Sequence record: DRR723986_4788
Length of the DNA: 51,647 nt
Reading direction: 5' to 3' (one strand)
The notes under the pieces are model-generated. The model did no database searches. It was given only the letters and a program-made list of their open reading frames with translations, and was not told the origin of the DNA. The translations under genes and the position numbers were made by a program. This document shows, in pieces, positions 1-9,960 of the stretch (positions within the stretch are counted from its first letter, which is position 1; each line of letters opens with the position of its first letter).

Positions 1-1419
1 GACCTGATGTACATGCCCACCACCTACCCGAGCATATCCATCGGCAAGGCCCGGGAGTTGCTGCAGCAGACCGACAAGCTGATCAGCACGATTCCCGAGG
101 TGGCGACCGTGTTCGGCAAGATTGGCCGCGCGGAAACCGCGACTGACCCGGCGCCGCTGACCATGATCGAGACCTTCATCCAGCTCAAACCGCGGGAGGA
201 GTGGCGCCCGGGTGTTACCCCCCAATCCCTGCGCGAGGAACTGGAACGCAGGGTGCAGATCCCCGGACTGACCAATGCCTGGGTGATGCCGATCAAGACC
301 CGCATCGACATGCTCGCCACCGGCATCAAGACCCCGGTGGGGGTGAAGGTGGCGGGCCCGGACCTGGTGCAGATACAGGCGATTGGCGAGCGCCTCGAAG
401 ACGTGCTGGGTGAACTGGAGGGCACCGCCTCGGTGTACTCGGAGCGGGTGGCCGGCGGGCGCTACATCACCGTGGATGTCGACCGGGAGCGCGCGGCGCG
501 CTACGGGCTGAGTGTCACCGAGGTGCAGCAGGTGATTGCCATGGCAGTGGGGGGCATGAACGTGACCTCGACCGTCGAGGGTCTGGAGCGTTACCCGGTG
601 AACCTGCGCTATCCCCAGTCCTTCCGCGACTCGCCGGAGCAACTCGCCCTGTTGCCGATTGTGGCGCCGGGTGGCACCCGGCTGGCGCTGGGCGATGTGA
701 CGGATATCCGGATCGAGGACGGGCCGCCGGGCATCAAGAGTGAGAACGCGCGCCTGAACGGCTGGACCTTCGTGGATATCGACGGGGTGGATGTGGGCAG
801 TTACGTCAATCGGGCGCGGGCGGCGGTGGCGGAGCAGGTCAACCTGCCGCCGGGTTACTCGCTGAGCTGGTCCGGGCAGTTCGAGTACATGGAGCGGGCC
901 AGGGCGCGGCTGATGGTGGTGGTGCCGCTAACCCTGGCGATCATCATCGTGCTGCTGTACGTGACCTTCCGCGACCCGGTGCCAATTGCCATCCTGGTGG
1001 GCTCCTTGCCCTTTGCCCTGGTGGGCAGTGCCTGGCTGCTGTACGCGCTGGATTACAACCTGTCGATCGCAGTGGGGGTTGGTGCTATTGCGCTGGCGGG
1101 GGTGGCCGTGGAAACCGGGGTCATCATGCTGGTTTATCTCGACCAGGCCTGGCGCGCACTGCCAGAAGGGCAGCAGGACGGTCCCTCCCTGCAGGCCGCC
1201 ATTCTCGATGGCGCGAGCAGGCGATTACGCCCGGTGCTGATGACCGCTGGTGCGACCATTGCCGGTTTACTGCCGGTGCTGTTTGGTGGCGGCACCGGCT
1301 CCGAGGTGATGAGTCGGCTGGCGGCGCCGATGGTGGGCGGGATGATCAGTGCCGTGCTGCTGACCCTGCTGGTGCTGCCGGTGGTTTACCTGCTGTGGCG
1401 GGGGCGCCCGACACACTGA
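1..1419 (+). CDS. cusA: CusA/CzcA-family heavy-metal efflux RND permease, C-terminal part (5' end outside window)
   Basis: Frame is open from base 1. Motifs GKIGRAETATDPAPLTMIET, MPIKTRIDMLATGIKTPVGVKV and RLRPVLMT, plus C-terminal TM helices typical of CusA/SilA. Confidence 0.9.
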   Translation, partial: DLMYMPTTYPSISIGKARELLQQTDKLISTIPEVATVFGKIGRAETATDPAPLTMIETFIQLKPREEWRPGVTPQSLREELERRVQIPGLTNAWVMPIKTRIDMLATGIKTPVGVKVAGPDLVQIQAIGERLEDVLGELEGTASVYSERVAGGRYITVDVDRERAARYGLSVTEVQQVIAMAVGGMNVTSTVEGLERYPVNLRYPQSFRDSPEQLALLPIVAPGGTRLALGDVTDIRIEDGPPGIKSENARLNGWTFVDIDGVDVGSYVNRARAAVAEQVNLPPGYSLSWSGQFEYMERARARLMVVVPLTLAIIIVLLYVTFRDPVPIAILVGSLPFALVGSAWLLYALDYNLSIAVGVGAIALAGVAVETGVIMLVYLDQAWRALPEGQQDGPSLQAAILDGASRRLRPVLMTAGATIAGLLPVLFGGGTGSEVMSRLAAPMVGGMISAVLLTLLVLPVVYLLWRGRPTH

Positions 1420-1478
1420 TGCCGTGTGCGTCAGTGGGGTGCCGCCGCCGGGGCTTTTACCAGCACAGGTGGAAGTCA

Positions 1479-2801
1479 CTAAGCGGGATGATGCCTTGCC
1501 GCGTCGGCCTCGGCGTGTGGGTTGGCAGTTTCAGTCGGGATACTGAAGCGCTCGCGGTAAAAGCGTAAACGGGTCTCCACCTCGTCTGCGTCCAGGCCGA
1601 ACTGCGCCAGGCTGTACTTGTGTGCACCGTGACGGTGCTGGTTGTTGCGCGCGAGCCAGTCCTGCATGGCCGAGCGGGCCTGCGCGGTAAACGGCATATC
1701 GAGAAAGTTGTAGATACCCTGCAGTGAACCCTGCCAGTCCCGGGTTATGTCGGCGTAGAGCACGTCGTACTGCCGATCCGGGCTGCACAGGGTTGCGCGA
1801 TCGTGCAGGTTTTTGTGCAGCATGCGCTCGGTCTTGGCAAGCCACTGCTGGCCGACCCACTGCGGGGTGACTGAATCCTCGTCGCGCACTATGGCGTTCC
1901 AGACCATCGAACAGGACGAGGCGACGACCTTGACCGGATCCCGGTGGGGGCAGATCAGCCGGGCGTTTGGCATTACTTGCAACAGCGCATCGAGGTCCTG
2001 CATGTGCTGTGGCGATTTCAGAATCCACGGTTTGCCGGGCGGGTCCTTGCGAAACCAGGACACTGTCTTCAACAGGTCGACCATATAGCGGTAGGCGCTG
2101 GTCTGGTCGTGGCGCATCAGCCATTCGGCAAAGGAGGGCACGCGGGCCTGTAACTCGAACAACTGGGTAGCAAAGGCGTATTGCAGCAGGCCGACCTCTT
2201 CTTCCACTTCCCGGGTGCCCAGTGGGTGCACCGCGCCGATCTGCGGGCCCATATACAGAACGGCTTTCAGGGCCTGGTCCAGGTTTCTGATGCGCGGGTC
2301 GGGCAGGCCCGCATCGCGCGCGGCGAAGCTGTCTGCGCCGGGTATCGGGTACACGCTCTCCCAGGATTCCAGGTGCGCGAAGCGCTCATCCGAGGCCAGC
2401 AGGCGGTGCAGGCGGGTGGTTCCCGAGCGGGCCAGCCCAACGATAACCACCGCCTCCGGCAGTGCCCGCGCACGTATCTCGGGATAACGCTGCCACAGGG
2501 CCTGGGCGCGCAGGCGCCCCTGCAGCAGGCGCAGGATATTTGACCTCGCCAGATAGCGGCCAACCGGGTTCAGGTCTGCCTCCTCGCGCAGGGCGCAGAC
2601 CAGCAGGCGCAGGGGTTCGATGAAACTGTCCGGGCCGAAGTCCTCCAGCCCGGTGGCGCTGCGCGCCGTTGCCATCAGTTCGTCTGCATCGAGTCCGGGG
2701 CGGGCCAGGCCCAGCCGGTGCAGCAGGCGCAGCGCACCATTGAGCGCTCGGATGGGCCTGCGGTGATAATCGATGGCGCGCAAGGTGGGGGTGCCGCTCA
2801 T
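1479..2801 (-). CDS. Sulfotransferase family protein
   Basis: PAPS-binding loop IVGLARSGTTRLHRLL, WILKSPQH, HRDP and C-terminal HKYSLAQFGL. Confidence 0.85.
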   Translation of the reverse strand: MSGTPTLRAIDYHRRPIRALNGALRLLHRLGLARPGLDADELMATARSATGLEDFGPDSFIEPLRLLVCALREEADLNPVGRYLARSNILRLLQGRLRAQALWQRYPEIRARALPEAVVIVGLARSGTTRLHRLLASDERFAHLESWESVYPIPGADSFAARDAGLPDPRIRNLDQALKAVLYMGPQIGAVHPLGTREVEEEVGLLQYAFATQLFELQARVPSFAEWLMRHDQTSAYRYMVDLLKTVSWFRKDPPGKPWILKSPQHMQDLDALLQVMPNARLICPHRDPVKVVASSCSMVWNAIVRDEDSVTPQWVGQQWLAKTERMLHKNLHDRATLCSPDRQYDVLYADITRDWQGSLQGIYNFLDMPFTAQARSAMQDWLARNNQHRHGAHKYSLAQFGLDADEVETRLRFYRERFSIPTETANPHAEADAARHHPA

Positions 2802-2934
2802 GAGGTCCTTTGGCTGTGCCCTTCGACTCGCTCACGGCAAACCCCTGGATGCTGTGGGTCGGCGAGGGCGGAACGAGCAGCGGGCTTTGTTATTGTAAGT
2901 TTGATGCAATATAAGCGGAACGCGGTGGATTGCA

Positions 2935-3096
2935 ATCGGCGAACTGAAGATCCGTGCCCTGCGTGCCCGGGCCGAAGAAGCCCTGGGAGCCGATTTCGAC
3001 CTGTGGGCGTTTCACGACTCGGCGGTGGGTAACGGATCGCTGTCGCTGACTGTGCTCGAGGAGATTGTCCGGGACTTGATAGCGCAGCAACACTAG
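2935..3096 (+). pseudogene. 3' remnant of a DUF885-family protein
   Basis: Manual translation IGELKIRALRARAEEALGADFDLWAFHDSAVGNGSLSLTVLEEIVRDLIAQQH* resembles the DUF885 C-terminus. No upstream body of the gene. Confidence 0.7.
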
Positions 3097-4013
3097 GCGC
3101 CACCGGGCGCCTGCTGCCAGTTGGCCGCCAGCCAGTCCCAGCAGTTATCCAGCGCGGCGGATGACGCGTTGGCGAGCCGCGCGGCGCACATATTCCAGTA
3201 GATGGGTTGCTTCATCGGCACCTCGCGCAGCTTGCCGGTTGCCAGACTGTCGGCGAAGTGCTCCGGGCAGCCACCGGCCACGAAGCCCTCTGATCTGGCC
3301 AGTTCAGCCAGCAGGGTGTAGTCGTCGCAGGTTACCTGCTGCAAGCGTGTCTCGGAGTTCGCCTTGCTGCCGGTGTCGGCCTGGATGTCGGTAGCGAAGG
3401 TCCGGCGCCAGTAGCGGTGGAGAAAGGGCAGGGCGACCTTGTGCCGAACAAGGTCGGCAAGCGTGCAGGGTGCCGCCGTAAAGATGGGGTGGCCCGGTGC
3501 GGCGACGATCTGCATGGGGTGCCGCCGCAGCAGCATGATCTCGAGTTCCTCGAAGGCGGTGGTGTGGGTCATATCGCCGATGAACAGGTCGACCTCCCCG
3601 CGCCTCAGCGCCAGTACCGGGTCGATGTCTGCCTTGACCTGCACGCCGATCTCCAGCGCCTCCCACTGCTGCGCCACCTCGCCAATCAAGGGGCTGATGA
3701 TTGTAGTCGTGGGCAGGGGGCCGCAGCCGATAACCAGGCGCCCGCCGCTCTGGCGGATACTGCTGACCCCGGTTTCGAAGGTATCGGCCTGGGCGAGCAG
3801 GGCGCGGCCGTGTTCGAGGAAGGCCCGGCCGTTGGAAGTGAGGCTGGCGCCGTGCCGGCTGCGCATGAACAGGGCAGCACCGGCGTAGGATTCGGCTGCT
3901 TTGACCGCGCGGGTTATCGCCGGCGGCGAGACGTTGAGCTTCTGGGCCGCCTCGCGGAACGAGCCGCTTTCAGCGATGGTGCTGACCACCCGCAGGACAT
4001 CGAGGTCGATCAC
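3093..4013 (-). CDS. LysR-family transcriptional regulator
   Basis: N-terminal HTH GSFREAAQKLNVSPPAITRAVKAAE, LFMRSRHGASLTSNG, 306 aa, divergent from the sulfatase. Confidence 0.92.
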   Translation of the reverse strand: MIDLDVLRVVSTIAESGSFREAAQKLNVSPPAITRAVKAAESYAGAALFMRSRHGASLTSNGRAFLEHGRALLAQADTFETGVSSIRQSGGRLVIGCGPLPTTTIISPLIGEVAQQWEALEIGVQVKADIDPVLALRRGEVDLFIGDMTHTTAFEELEIMLLRRHPMQIVAAPGHPIFTAAPCTLADLVRHKVALPFLHRYWRRTFATDIQADTGSKANSETRLQQVTCDDYTLLAELARSEGFVAGGCPEHFADSLATGKLREVPMKQPIYWNMCAARLANASSAALDNCWDWLAANWQQAPGGA

Positions 4014-4149
4014 TTGAATTCCAGATAATGAAACTTAATGGAATGATAAGTGAAATCCAGTTGATGCTCTATCGGTTTATGGATAGGTTCTCGGGCTGAA
4101 TTTTGGTCGCCAGTGATCGGCACGAACGCCGGGGCAGTATCAAGGAGCT

Positions 4150-5712
4150 ATGACGATGTTAAAAAGCAGACTGGCGGCGTTCATCGCCACCCTGGTTGTG
4201 TCGGTAGGCGCAATGGCGGCCGAACGGCCGAATATCCTGGTGATCATGGCGGACGATGTCGGCTGGGCGAGTCTTGGCAGCTATCACCAGGGCATCAAGA
4301 GTATTGAGACGCCCAATCTCGACCGGCTGGCCGCCGACGGTGCGCGGCTGACCGATTACTATTCCCAGCCAAGCTGCACGGCGGGTCGCTCGGCCTTCAT
4401 CACTGGCCAGCTGCCGGTGCGCACCGGCATGCATACAGTCGGTCTGCCCGGTGACCCCAAGGGCCTGTCGCCGAAGGACCCAACCATCGCCAGCCTGTTG
4501 CGTGAGCAGGGCTATCGTACCGGGCAGTTCGGCAAGAACCACCTGGGCGACCTCAATGAGTTCCTGCCTACCAACCGCGGTTTCGACGAGTTCTGGGGTT
4601 GGCTGTACCACCTCAACGCGATGGAATACAGCGAAGACACCGACTGGCCGGATGATCCTGCGTTCAACCAGCAGTTTGGGCCGCGCAATGTGATTCACGC
4701 CTGGGCCGACAGCCACAACGACAAGACCGTTGACCCGCGCTGGGGACCGATTGGCAAGCAGAAGATTGTTGACGATGGGCCCCTGCCGATCGAGCGGCAG
4801 CGCACGCTGGAGAACGAGGTTACCGAGCACACCATCGACTTCCTGCAGCGCGCGGTAGCCGATGAGCAGCCCTTCTTCGTGTGGATGGCGCCGGCACGCG
4901 CCCACGTCTGGACCCACCTGAGCCCCGAGTACGAGGCACAGCTGGGTAACGGCAAGGGGCTGCAGGACATCATCATGAAAGAGCTGGATGACAATGTGGG
5001 CAAGGTGCTGGCGGAGCTTGAGCGCCTGGGCATCAGCGACAACACCCTCGTGGTATTCACCTCCGACAACGGCCCGGAAACCATGACCTGGCCGGACGGC
5101 GGCACCACGCCGTTCCGCGGCGAGAAAGGCACCACCTGGGAGGGTGGCTTCCGGGTGCCGGCGATTGTTCGCTGGCCGGGCAAGGTCCCCGCCGGGAAGG
5201 TATACAACGGCATCTTCGATTCGCTGGACTGGCTGCCCACCCTGGTGGCGGCGGCCGGCGGCCCCGGGGACCTGCGCGAGCGCCTGCTCAAGGGCTATGA
5301 TGGCTACAAGGTTCACCTGGACGGCTACAACCAGCTCGACTTCCTCACCGGGCAGGGCGAGAGCGCGCGCGAGACGGTGTTCTACTACGAGCGCACCACC
5401 TTGCAGGCTGTGCGTCACAACGACTGGAAGGCGCATTTTGTGGTGCAGAACCACGGCTGGGGTGGCGCCAAGGAAGAGCTGAATGCTCCCCTGCTTTATA
5501 ACCTGCGCCGCGACCCCTATGAGAAAGCTGCCGAGGAATCGGGCATGTACGTGCGCTGGATGGGCAAGAAGATGTGGGCCTTTGGTCCGCTGAATCACAT
5601 CGTGCGCGAGCACATGGCCAGCCTGCAGGCCTACCCGCCCCGCGGTTCCGGCCTGGCCAACGCCCAACAGCTTGAGGCGCAAGCCGCCGAGGAAGGCGGT
5701 CTCTCCCAGTAG
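4150..5712 (+). CDS. Arylsulfatase (Cys-type formylglycine sulfatase) with signal peptide
   Basis: PNILVIMADDVG, CTAGR (CxAxR variant of CxPxR), GKNHLG, FTSDNG, GEKGTTWEGGFRVP; AGGAG RBS. Confidence 0.92.
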   Translation: MTMLKSRLAAFIATLVVSVGAMAAERPNILVIMADDVGWASLGSYHQGIKSIETPNLDRLAADGARLTDYYSQPSCTAGRSAFITGQLPVRTGMHTVGLPGDPKGLSPKDPTIASLLREQGYRTGQFGKNHLGDLNEFLPTNRGFDEFWGWLYHLNAMEYSEDTDWPDDPAFNQQFGPRNVIHAWADSHNDKTVDPRWGPIGKQKIVDDGPLPIERQRTLENEVTEHTIDFLQRAVADEQPFFVWMAPARAHVWTHLSPEYEAQLGNGKGLQDIIMKELDDNVGKVLAELERLGISDNTLVVFTSDNGPETMTWPDGGTTPFRGEKGTTWEGGFRVPAIVRWPGKVPAGKVYNGIFDSLDWLPTLVAAAGGPGDLRERLLKGYDGYKVHLDGYNQLDFLTGQGESARETVFYYERTTLQAVRHNDWKAHFVVQNHGWGGAKEELNAPLLYNLRRDPYEKAAEESGMYVRWMGKKMWAFGPLNHIVREHMASLQAYPPRGSGLANAQQLEAQAAEEGGLSQ

Positions 5713-5859
5713 CGCCGCGCGAGCAAGCGCCGCACTGGGCAGCGCTTGCGCAACTGACCAATACCGGGGCTGCCGGACCGTGTCCGGGGGCCTCAGGCAT
5801 GGGGGAGGGCGCGGCCGTTTTTCTGTACACTGCCGCTTCCATTTTTCAGAGCCCCGGTT

Positions 5860-6813
5860 ATGACCACTGCTGTAGCGACCCCCCCCGATCTGTCTGTTGA
5901 AATCCCGGCCGATTCGGCGCCCACCCCAGCCTGGTTTGATGCGGCCATGGCCACACCGCGCCGCGAGGGCTGGCTGGAATCCGGTGGGTGCCCGATCCAC
6001 TACTTCAGTTGGGGAGACCCCTCGCGACCGGGGATTCTGTTGTTGCATGGGTTTCTCGCCCACGCGCGCTGCTTTGCCTTTATTGCGCCCCTGCTGGCCA
6101 GGGACTACTACGTGGTGGCCTATGATTTCTCCGGTATGGGCGATTCCGGTGTACGGGAGGCCTACCCGGACGAGGTTCGCCTGCAGGAATTACTGGATGT
6201 AGCGCGGGAAACGGGGCTGTTCGACGACGGGCGGATACCGGCGATTATTGCCCATTCCTATGGTGGCAATATCGGCCTGTCGGCCATGGAGCAGTGCGGC
6301 GACCAGTTTTCACGCCTGGTCATCTGCGACCTGATGACCCTGCGGCCGGATCGTCTTGCTGCACATACCAAAGAGCAGCGCCCACCGGGATCGCAGGATC
6401 CCACGCGGCCCAACCGGATTTACCCGGACTATGCCACGGCCAAGGGTCGCTATGTACTCTCACCACCGCAGCCGGTGAACGAAGCATACCTGTTCGACTA
6501 CATGGCCTTTCATTCCCTGAAGGAAGTGGAGGGTGGCTGGACCTGGAAGTTCGATCCCAGTGTTTTTGGTCGGCGTATCGATATGCATGAACTGATGCTG
6601 GCGCAGGGAAAACGCATCGCCAATGCACCGGGCTCTATCGTGGTGGTATACGGTGATGAGAGCGTCCTGTTCGACGCCGACTCGGCCGACTACGTCCGTG
6701 AGTGCGGTGGCGAGCACATACCGATGATCGGTATTCCCGATGCCCGCCATCACCTGATGCTGGATCAGCCGCTGGCCTTTGCCAGCGTGCTGCGGGCGAC
6801 CCTGGCGCTTTAA
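5860..6813 (+). CDS. Alpha/beta fold hydrolase
   Basis: LLLHGFLAH, DFSGMGDS, nucleophile elbow AHSYGG, C-terminal HHLMLDQP. Confidence 0.88.
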   Translation: MTTAVATPPDLSVEIPADSAPTPAWFDAAMATPRREGWLESGGCPIHYFSWGDPSRPGILLLHGFLAHARCFAFIAPLLARDYYVVAYDFSGMGDSGVREAYPDEVRLQELLDVARETGLFDDGRIPAIIAHSYGGNIGLSAMEQCGDQFSRLVICDLMTLRPDRLAAHTKEQRPPGSQDPTRPNRIYPDYATAKGRYVLSPPQPVNEAYLFDYMAFHSLKEVEGGWTWKFDPSVFGRRIDMHELMLAQGKRIANAPGSIVVVYGDESVLFDADSADYVRECGGEHIPMIGIPDARHHLMLDQPLAFASVLRATLAL

Positions 6814-6910
6814 AGCAGCTGCTGCAGAGCATTACGGTCTGGCCGCTGGTTGGAAGTCGCCCTGGCATTCAAACTGTCTGGCTGCTGCCTCTGTTCCCGG
6901 TCCGTACTAG

Positions 6911-7117
6911 GGTGCGGCGGGCAGGCGCGCCACAATCCTGGAGACGCACAACGTGTTCAGGGTTGTCTTCGACGAATACCGCGCTATGTGGAGCGATATC
7001 CGCGGGGCAAGTACCTGGGGCGACAAGCTGCGCTACCTGTTCATGGCGCCGGGCTGGAGCCACGACGGCCCCGACAAACGCTCGAATACCCTGCGGCGGT
7101 TGGAAGAGGGCGCCTAA
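6911..7117 (+). pseudogene. 3' remnant resembling a sterol desaturase/fatty-acid hydroxylase family C-terminus
   Basis: Manual translation ...TILETHNVFRVVFDEYRAMWSDIRGASTWGDKLRYLFMAPGWSHDGPDKRSNTLRRLEEGA*; in-frame stop just upstream (6908-6910) and no N-terminal body. Confidence 0.6.
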
Positions 7118-7261
7118 TACAGCTCAATTTTGATGCCGGTCGCCAGTTCGTTCAGCCTGTGTTGCAGCAGGCTGAGGGAGACCTCATCCAGCGCGTCCAC
7201 CGCGAGGAAACTGTTGCCAGTAGCCCCGCCGCAGTAAAAACTGTCTGCGTGTGATGGACAT
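7114..7261 (-). pseudogene. Internally deleted gene: Tat-like N-terminus joined out of frame to a C-terminal fragment
   Basis: GGAG RBS and ATG at 7261 give MSITRRQFLL; another frame then reads GGATGNSFLAVDALDEVSLSLLQHRLNELATGIKIELY* ending at 7114. Confidence 0.45.
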
Positions 7262-7311
7262 GGATATTCTCCATAGAAGTGGTTAGTAATCTTAGGGGGC
7301 GCCCCTGGTGA

Positions 7312-8127
7312 CTAGCTCGGCACAAGGACCTTGCATGCCGTGACCGCTGTAAGCGCAAGAATTGTTGACCAGATGTCGTTTTTTACTGTGTCAAACCCTG
7401 GCAGCTTGTTGGGCGGCTTGCCTGTTGAACATTCGCTGTCGGTATACGGCTCAATGTATAAACGCCGGTTAATCTCAATCATGATCGCGGGAACTCGCGC
7501 ATCGCAAAGGTACCGATCGGGCACCAGGCAGCCCTGGTAGGGAAAGTCGATGTCTACGGAATAACCCCGGGACCTGAACTGGCTTGCACAGAAGTCGATA
7601 AGCCAGCGCGGGGTATTCTGTCGATTGATTCCCAGGCAGATATCAGGCCGCGACAATCCATTGTCTTCCTCGTGATCGAAAGCTTGATCAGGGAAACTGT
7701 GGCAATCCAGCAATAAGCAGTACCCCCATCGCTCCAGTTGCTGTTGTATGTTCAGTTCCAGATGCAGGTGCCAGGGATGGTAGTAACTGTCCAGCAGTTG
7801 CTTGCACTCCTGAGCTGAGAGCTCACGCCTGATGCGTTTTCCACGCGTGTTGTGGGTATAGATAACCCCCTGGCCGAAGGCGGATTTTTCCTCCAGCCTG
7901 TCCTCGCTATAGCGCTCGAGATCGACGAGAACCCGGCTGATGGGTGTCTGGCTGATAGCGATCCCGGGGAGGCCGAACAGCTCGTGGGTATACCAGTCGG
8001 TTACCTGGATTATGTCCTGCCAGTACTGCTCTGGGCCCTGCAGGAATTGATCAAGGAAGGGTTCGGGGACGACAGTCCCCGAGTGGGGTATATGCGCCAC
8101 AATGGGCAGAATGGTTTCGGGGTACAT
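7312..8127 (-). CDS. N-formylglutamate amidohydrolase family protein
   Basis: HIPHSG, TDWYT, SRVLVDLER, YYHPWH, LLDCHSFP, RPDICLG, IMIEINRRLY; start chosen at ATG 8127 after AGGAG. Confidence 0.85.
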   Translation of the reverse strand: MYPETILPIVAHIPHSGTVVPEPFLDQFLQGPEQYWQDIIQVTDWYTHELFGLPGIAISQTPISRVLVDLERYSEDRLEEKSAFGQGVIYTHNTRGKRIRRELSAQECKQLLDSYYHPWHLHLELNIQQQLERWGYCLLLDCHSFPDQAFDHEEDNGLSRPDICLGINRQNTPRWLIDFCASQFRSRGYSVDIDFPYQGCLVPDRYLCDARVPAIMIEINRRLYIEPYTDSECSTGKPPNKLPGFDTVKNDIWSTILALTAVTACKVLVPS

Positions 8128-8392
8128 ACGCTTTCTCCTATGGTTAAGGCAGCAAGAGAAAGCCGATAGGAGAACCTGATTGGTTGCCTGAAAGGCCACA
8201 TCACTCGGTAGAGTCAACCACCTTGCCCAGGTAGGCAGGTTGGCGGGGCGTTAGCCCTCTCTTGATGCTGGATGCGATTATACGCTGGGAGTGGGGGTTC
8301 GCAAAATAGTCTCGAGCTGCCCTGTCGCTTCTTCGCGCAGGTAAGGCCATCGACAACATTTACTATGCTAAGCCGAAAAGGAGAGGGCGTTC

Positions 8393-9055
8393 ATGGATGC
8401 GAAGCTGAGCTACGAGGCATTAAAGGCGCGGCAGCGCGCGGAAAGGGCGGAGTGGTCGACCAATCTGGGCCTGCGGGTACACCGGGCGTTGAGCTGGCTA
8501 CAGCGCTCGGAGCTGTGTGATGATGAGGATGGACGTTTTATCTTTCTATGGATTGCCTTCAATGCGGCCTATGCCAACGAGTTGGGAGATCAGGAGCGCG
8601 CGCATGAGCGGGAGCTCTTCCAGCAGTTTCTGGGCAAACTCTCCGATCTCGACCGGGGGGACGTGCTCTATAGCCTGCTCTGGTCAGAATTCCCGCGCAG
8701 CATACGGGTGCTGCTCGATAACCAGTTCGTTTACCAGCCATTCTGGGATTATCACAACGGCAAGCAGCCCGACCTGGACTGGAACGCCGGTTTCGCCCGC
8801 GCAAAAGTGGCCGCCAACAAGGCCCTGGCAAGCAAAGACACGGTGACCGTGCTGGGAATTGTGCTGTCGCGTATGTACACGCTGCGCAACCAGTTGATAC
8901 ATGGTGGCGCTACCTGGAACAGCAGCGTGAATCGTGACCAGCTGCGGGACTGCTGTGCATTTCTCGGCAAGCTGGTGCCCTATGTGATTATCCTGATGAT
9001 GGACAACCCCGATACGCTCTGGGGTGATGCTTGTTATCCGGTGGTGGAGAGCTGA
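8393..9055 (+). CDS. HEPN domain-containing protein (putative RNase)
   Basis: RxxxxH motif RNQLIH in YTLRNQLIHGG; FIFLWIAFNAAY helix; AGGAG RBS. Confidence 0.75.
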   Translation: MDAKLSYEALKARQRAERAEWSTNLGLRVHRALSWLQRSELCDDEDGRFIFLWIAFNAAYANELGDQERAHERELFQQFLGKLSDLDRGDVLYSLLWSEFPRSIRVLLDNQFVYQPFWDYHNGKQPDLDWNAGFARAKVAANKALASKDTVTVLGIVLSRMYTLRNQLIHGGATWNSSVNRDQLRDCCAFLGKLVPYVIILMMDNPDTLWGDACYPVVES

Positions 9056-9125
9056 GGTCGTTGATGTTGTCAGTTACTGGGCGCTACTTCTAACGGTACA
9101 GAACACACCCCGCGGGCACTGCTGG

Positions 9126-9497
9126 TCAGGGTGAAGCTTCCAGACGCATCAGCCGACTATGTACAGCGGCTAATGCTCCCCAGGTTACGCAGAGCATGGC
9201 AATGCCGGCCGTTGCCGTTACTATCCCACGCTCACCACGTGCGAGGAGGTCGATTATCAGGATAGCCTGGGCCCCGCCCAAGGCAAACGCCGCCCTGAAT
9301 GAACTCGAGGTCGCTCTGGCCAACCAGTCGTGCAATAAGACCGAGGCGATGACATAGCTAGGCACCGCCAGCCATGCAGGCCAGGGCTGACTCGCGATGT
9401 CCCCATCGGAAACTGGTTTGAAAAGAAACAGGACGACGACTACTGTCGTAACGGAGAAGGTCAGAATGCCTACCAGGACTGTACGTATTCTCTCCAC
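9126..9497 (-). CDS. Hypothetical membrane protein (about four TM helices)
   Basis: 123-aa ORF with four hydrophobic segments. Confidence 0.6.
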   Translation of the reverse strand: MERIRTVLVGILTFSVTTVVVVLFLFKPVSDGDIASQPWPAWLAVPSYVIASVLLHDWLARATSSSFRAAFALGGAQAILIIDLLARGERGIVTATAGIAMLCVTWGALAAVHSRLMRLEASP

Positions 9498-9581
9498 CTT
9501 GAATTCTCATTTCGGGGTGCTGAGTTTGGGTGGGATCTTACCGTTGTCGGGGCACGACATAAATACTGCTTCCTGGGAAGC

Positions 9582-9607
9582 AAAAAGGCCGCCCCTTCGA
9601 GCAGCCT
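9582..9607 (-). terminator. Rho-independent terminator following the distal ssrA 3'-end copy
   Basis: Minus strand AGGCTGC-TCGAAGGG-GCGGCCT followed by TTTT. Confidence 0.6.
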
Positions 9608-9612
9608 ATTTA

Positions 9613-9629
9613 GTTTGGTGGAGGCGGCG
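9613..9629 (-). repeat. att site: distal copy of ssrA 3' end (outer end of island B)
   Basis: GTTTGGTGGAGGCGGCG identical to 33684-33700; 15 bp shared with 23031-23045. Confidence 0.9.
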
Positions 9630-9960
9630 TCAATAGAAAAGTCGTCTCATCCCCTTGAAAATTATCATTCCAATACCGATTTGGCATAGTCAGTACCCCC
9701 ATCTGTGCCCCTGGAACGTGCACGCATTGATCAGAAGTACCAAGCCAACTGGAGAAATCATATATTAGTTTGAGCTAACTATTGTCCTCGATATCCGCGG
9801 AGGTTAGATTGGTTTGGTCATCGGATATATGATTTTTCTGCTCCGAAATGTGACGCGAATGGTCACGAACATGACGTCTCTGGCAATGGGGTGAAGAATC
9901 GTCGATTGGGAGAATTGATGTCATAGAAGACAACTCGAAAAGCAAATCGGCGGTGGTGAA

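Noticed and set aside
4159-6063. 634-aa minus-strand ORF
   Set aside because: Antisense shadow of the GC-rich sulfatase gene; no recognisable motifs.
9088-9131. Second attC downstream of the 9126-9497 gene
   Set aside because: Has a GTTAGAA R'-like end, but spans only about 44 bp, R'' is degenerate (CCCTGAC) and the L boxes do not pair.
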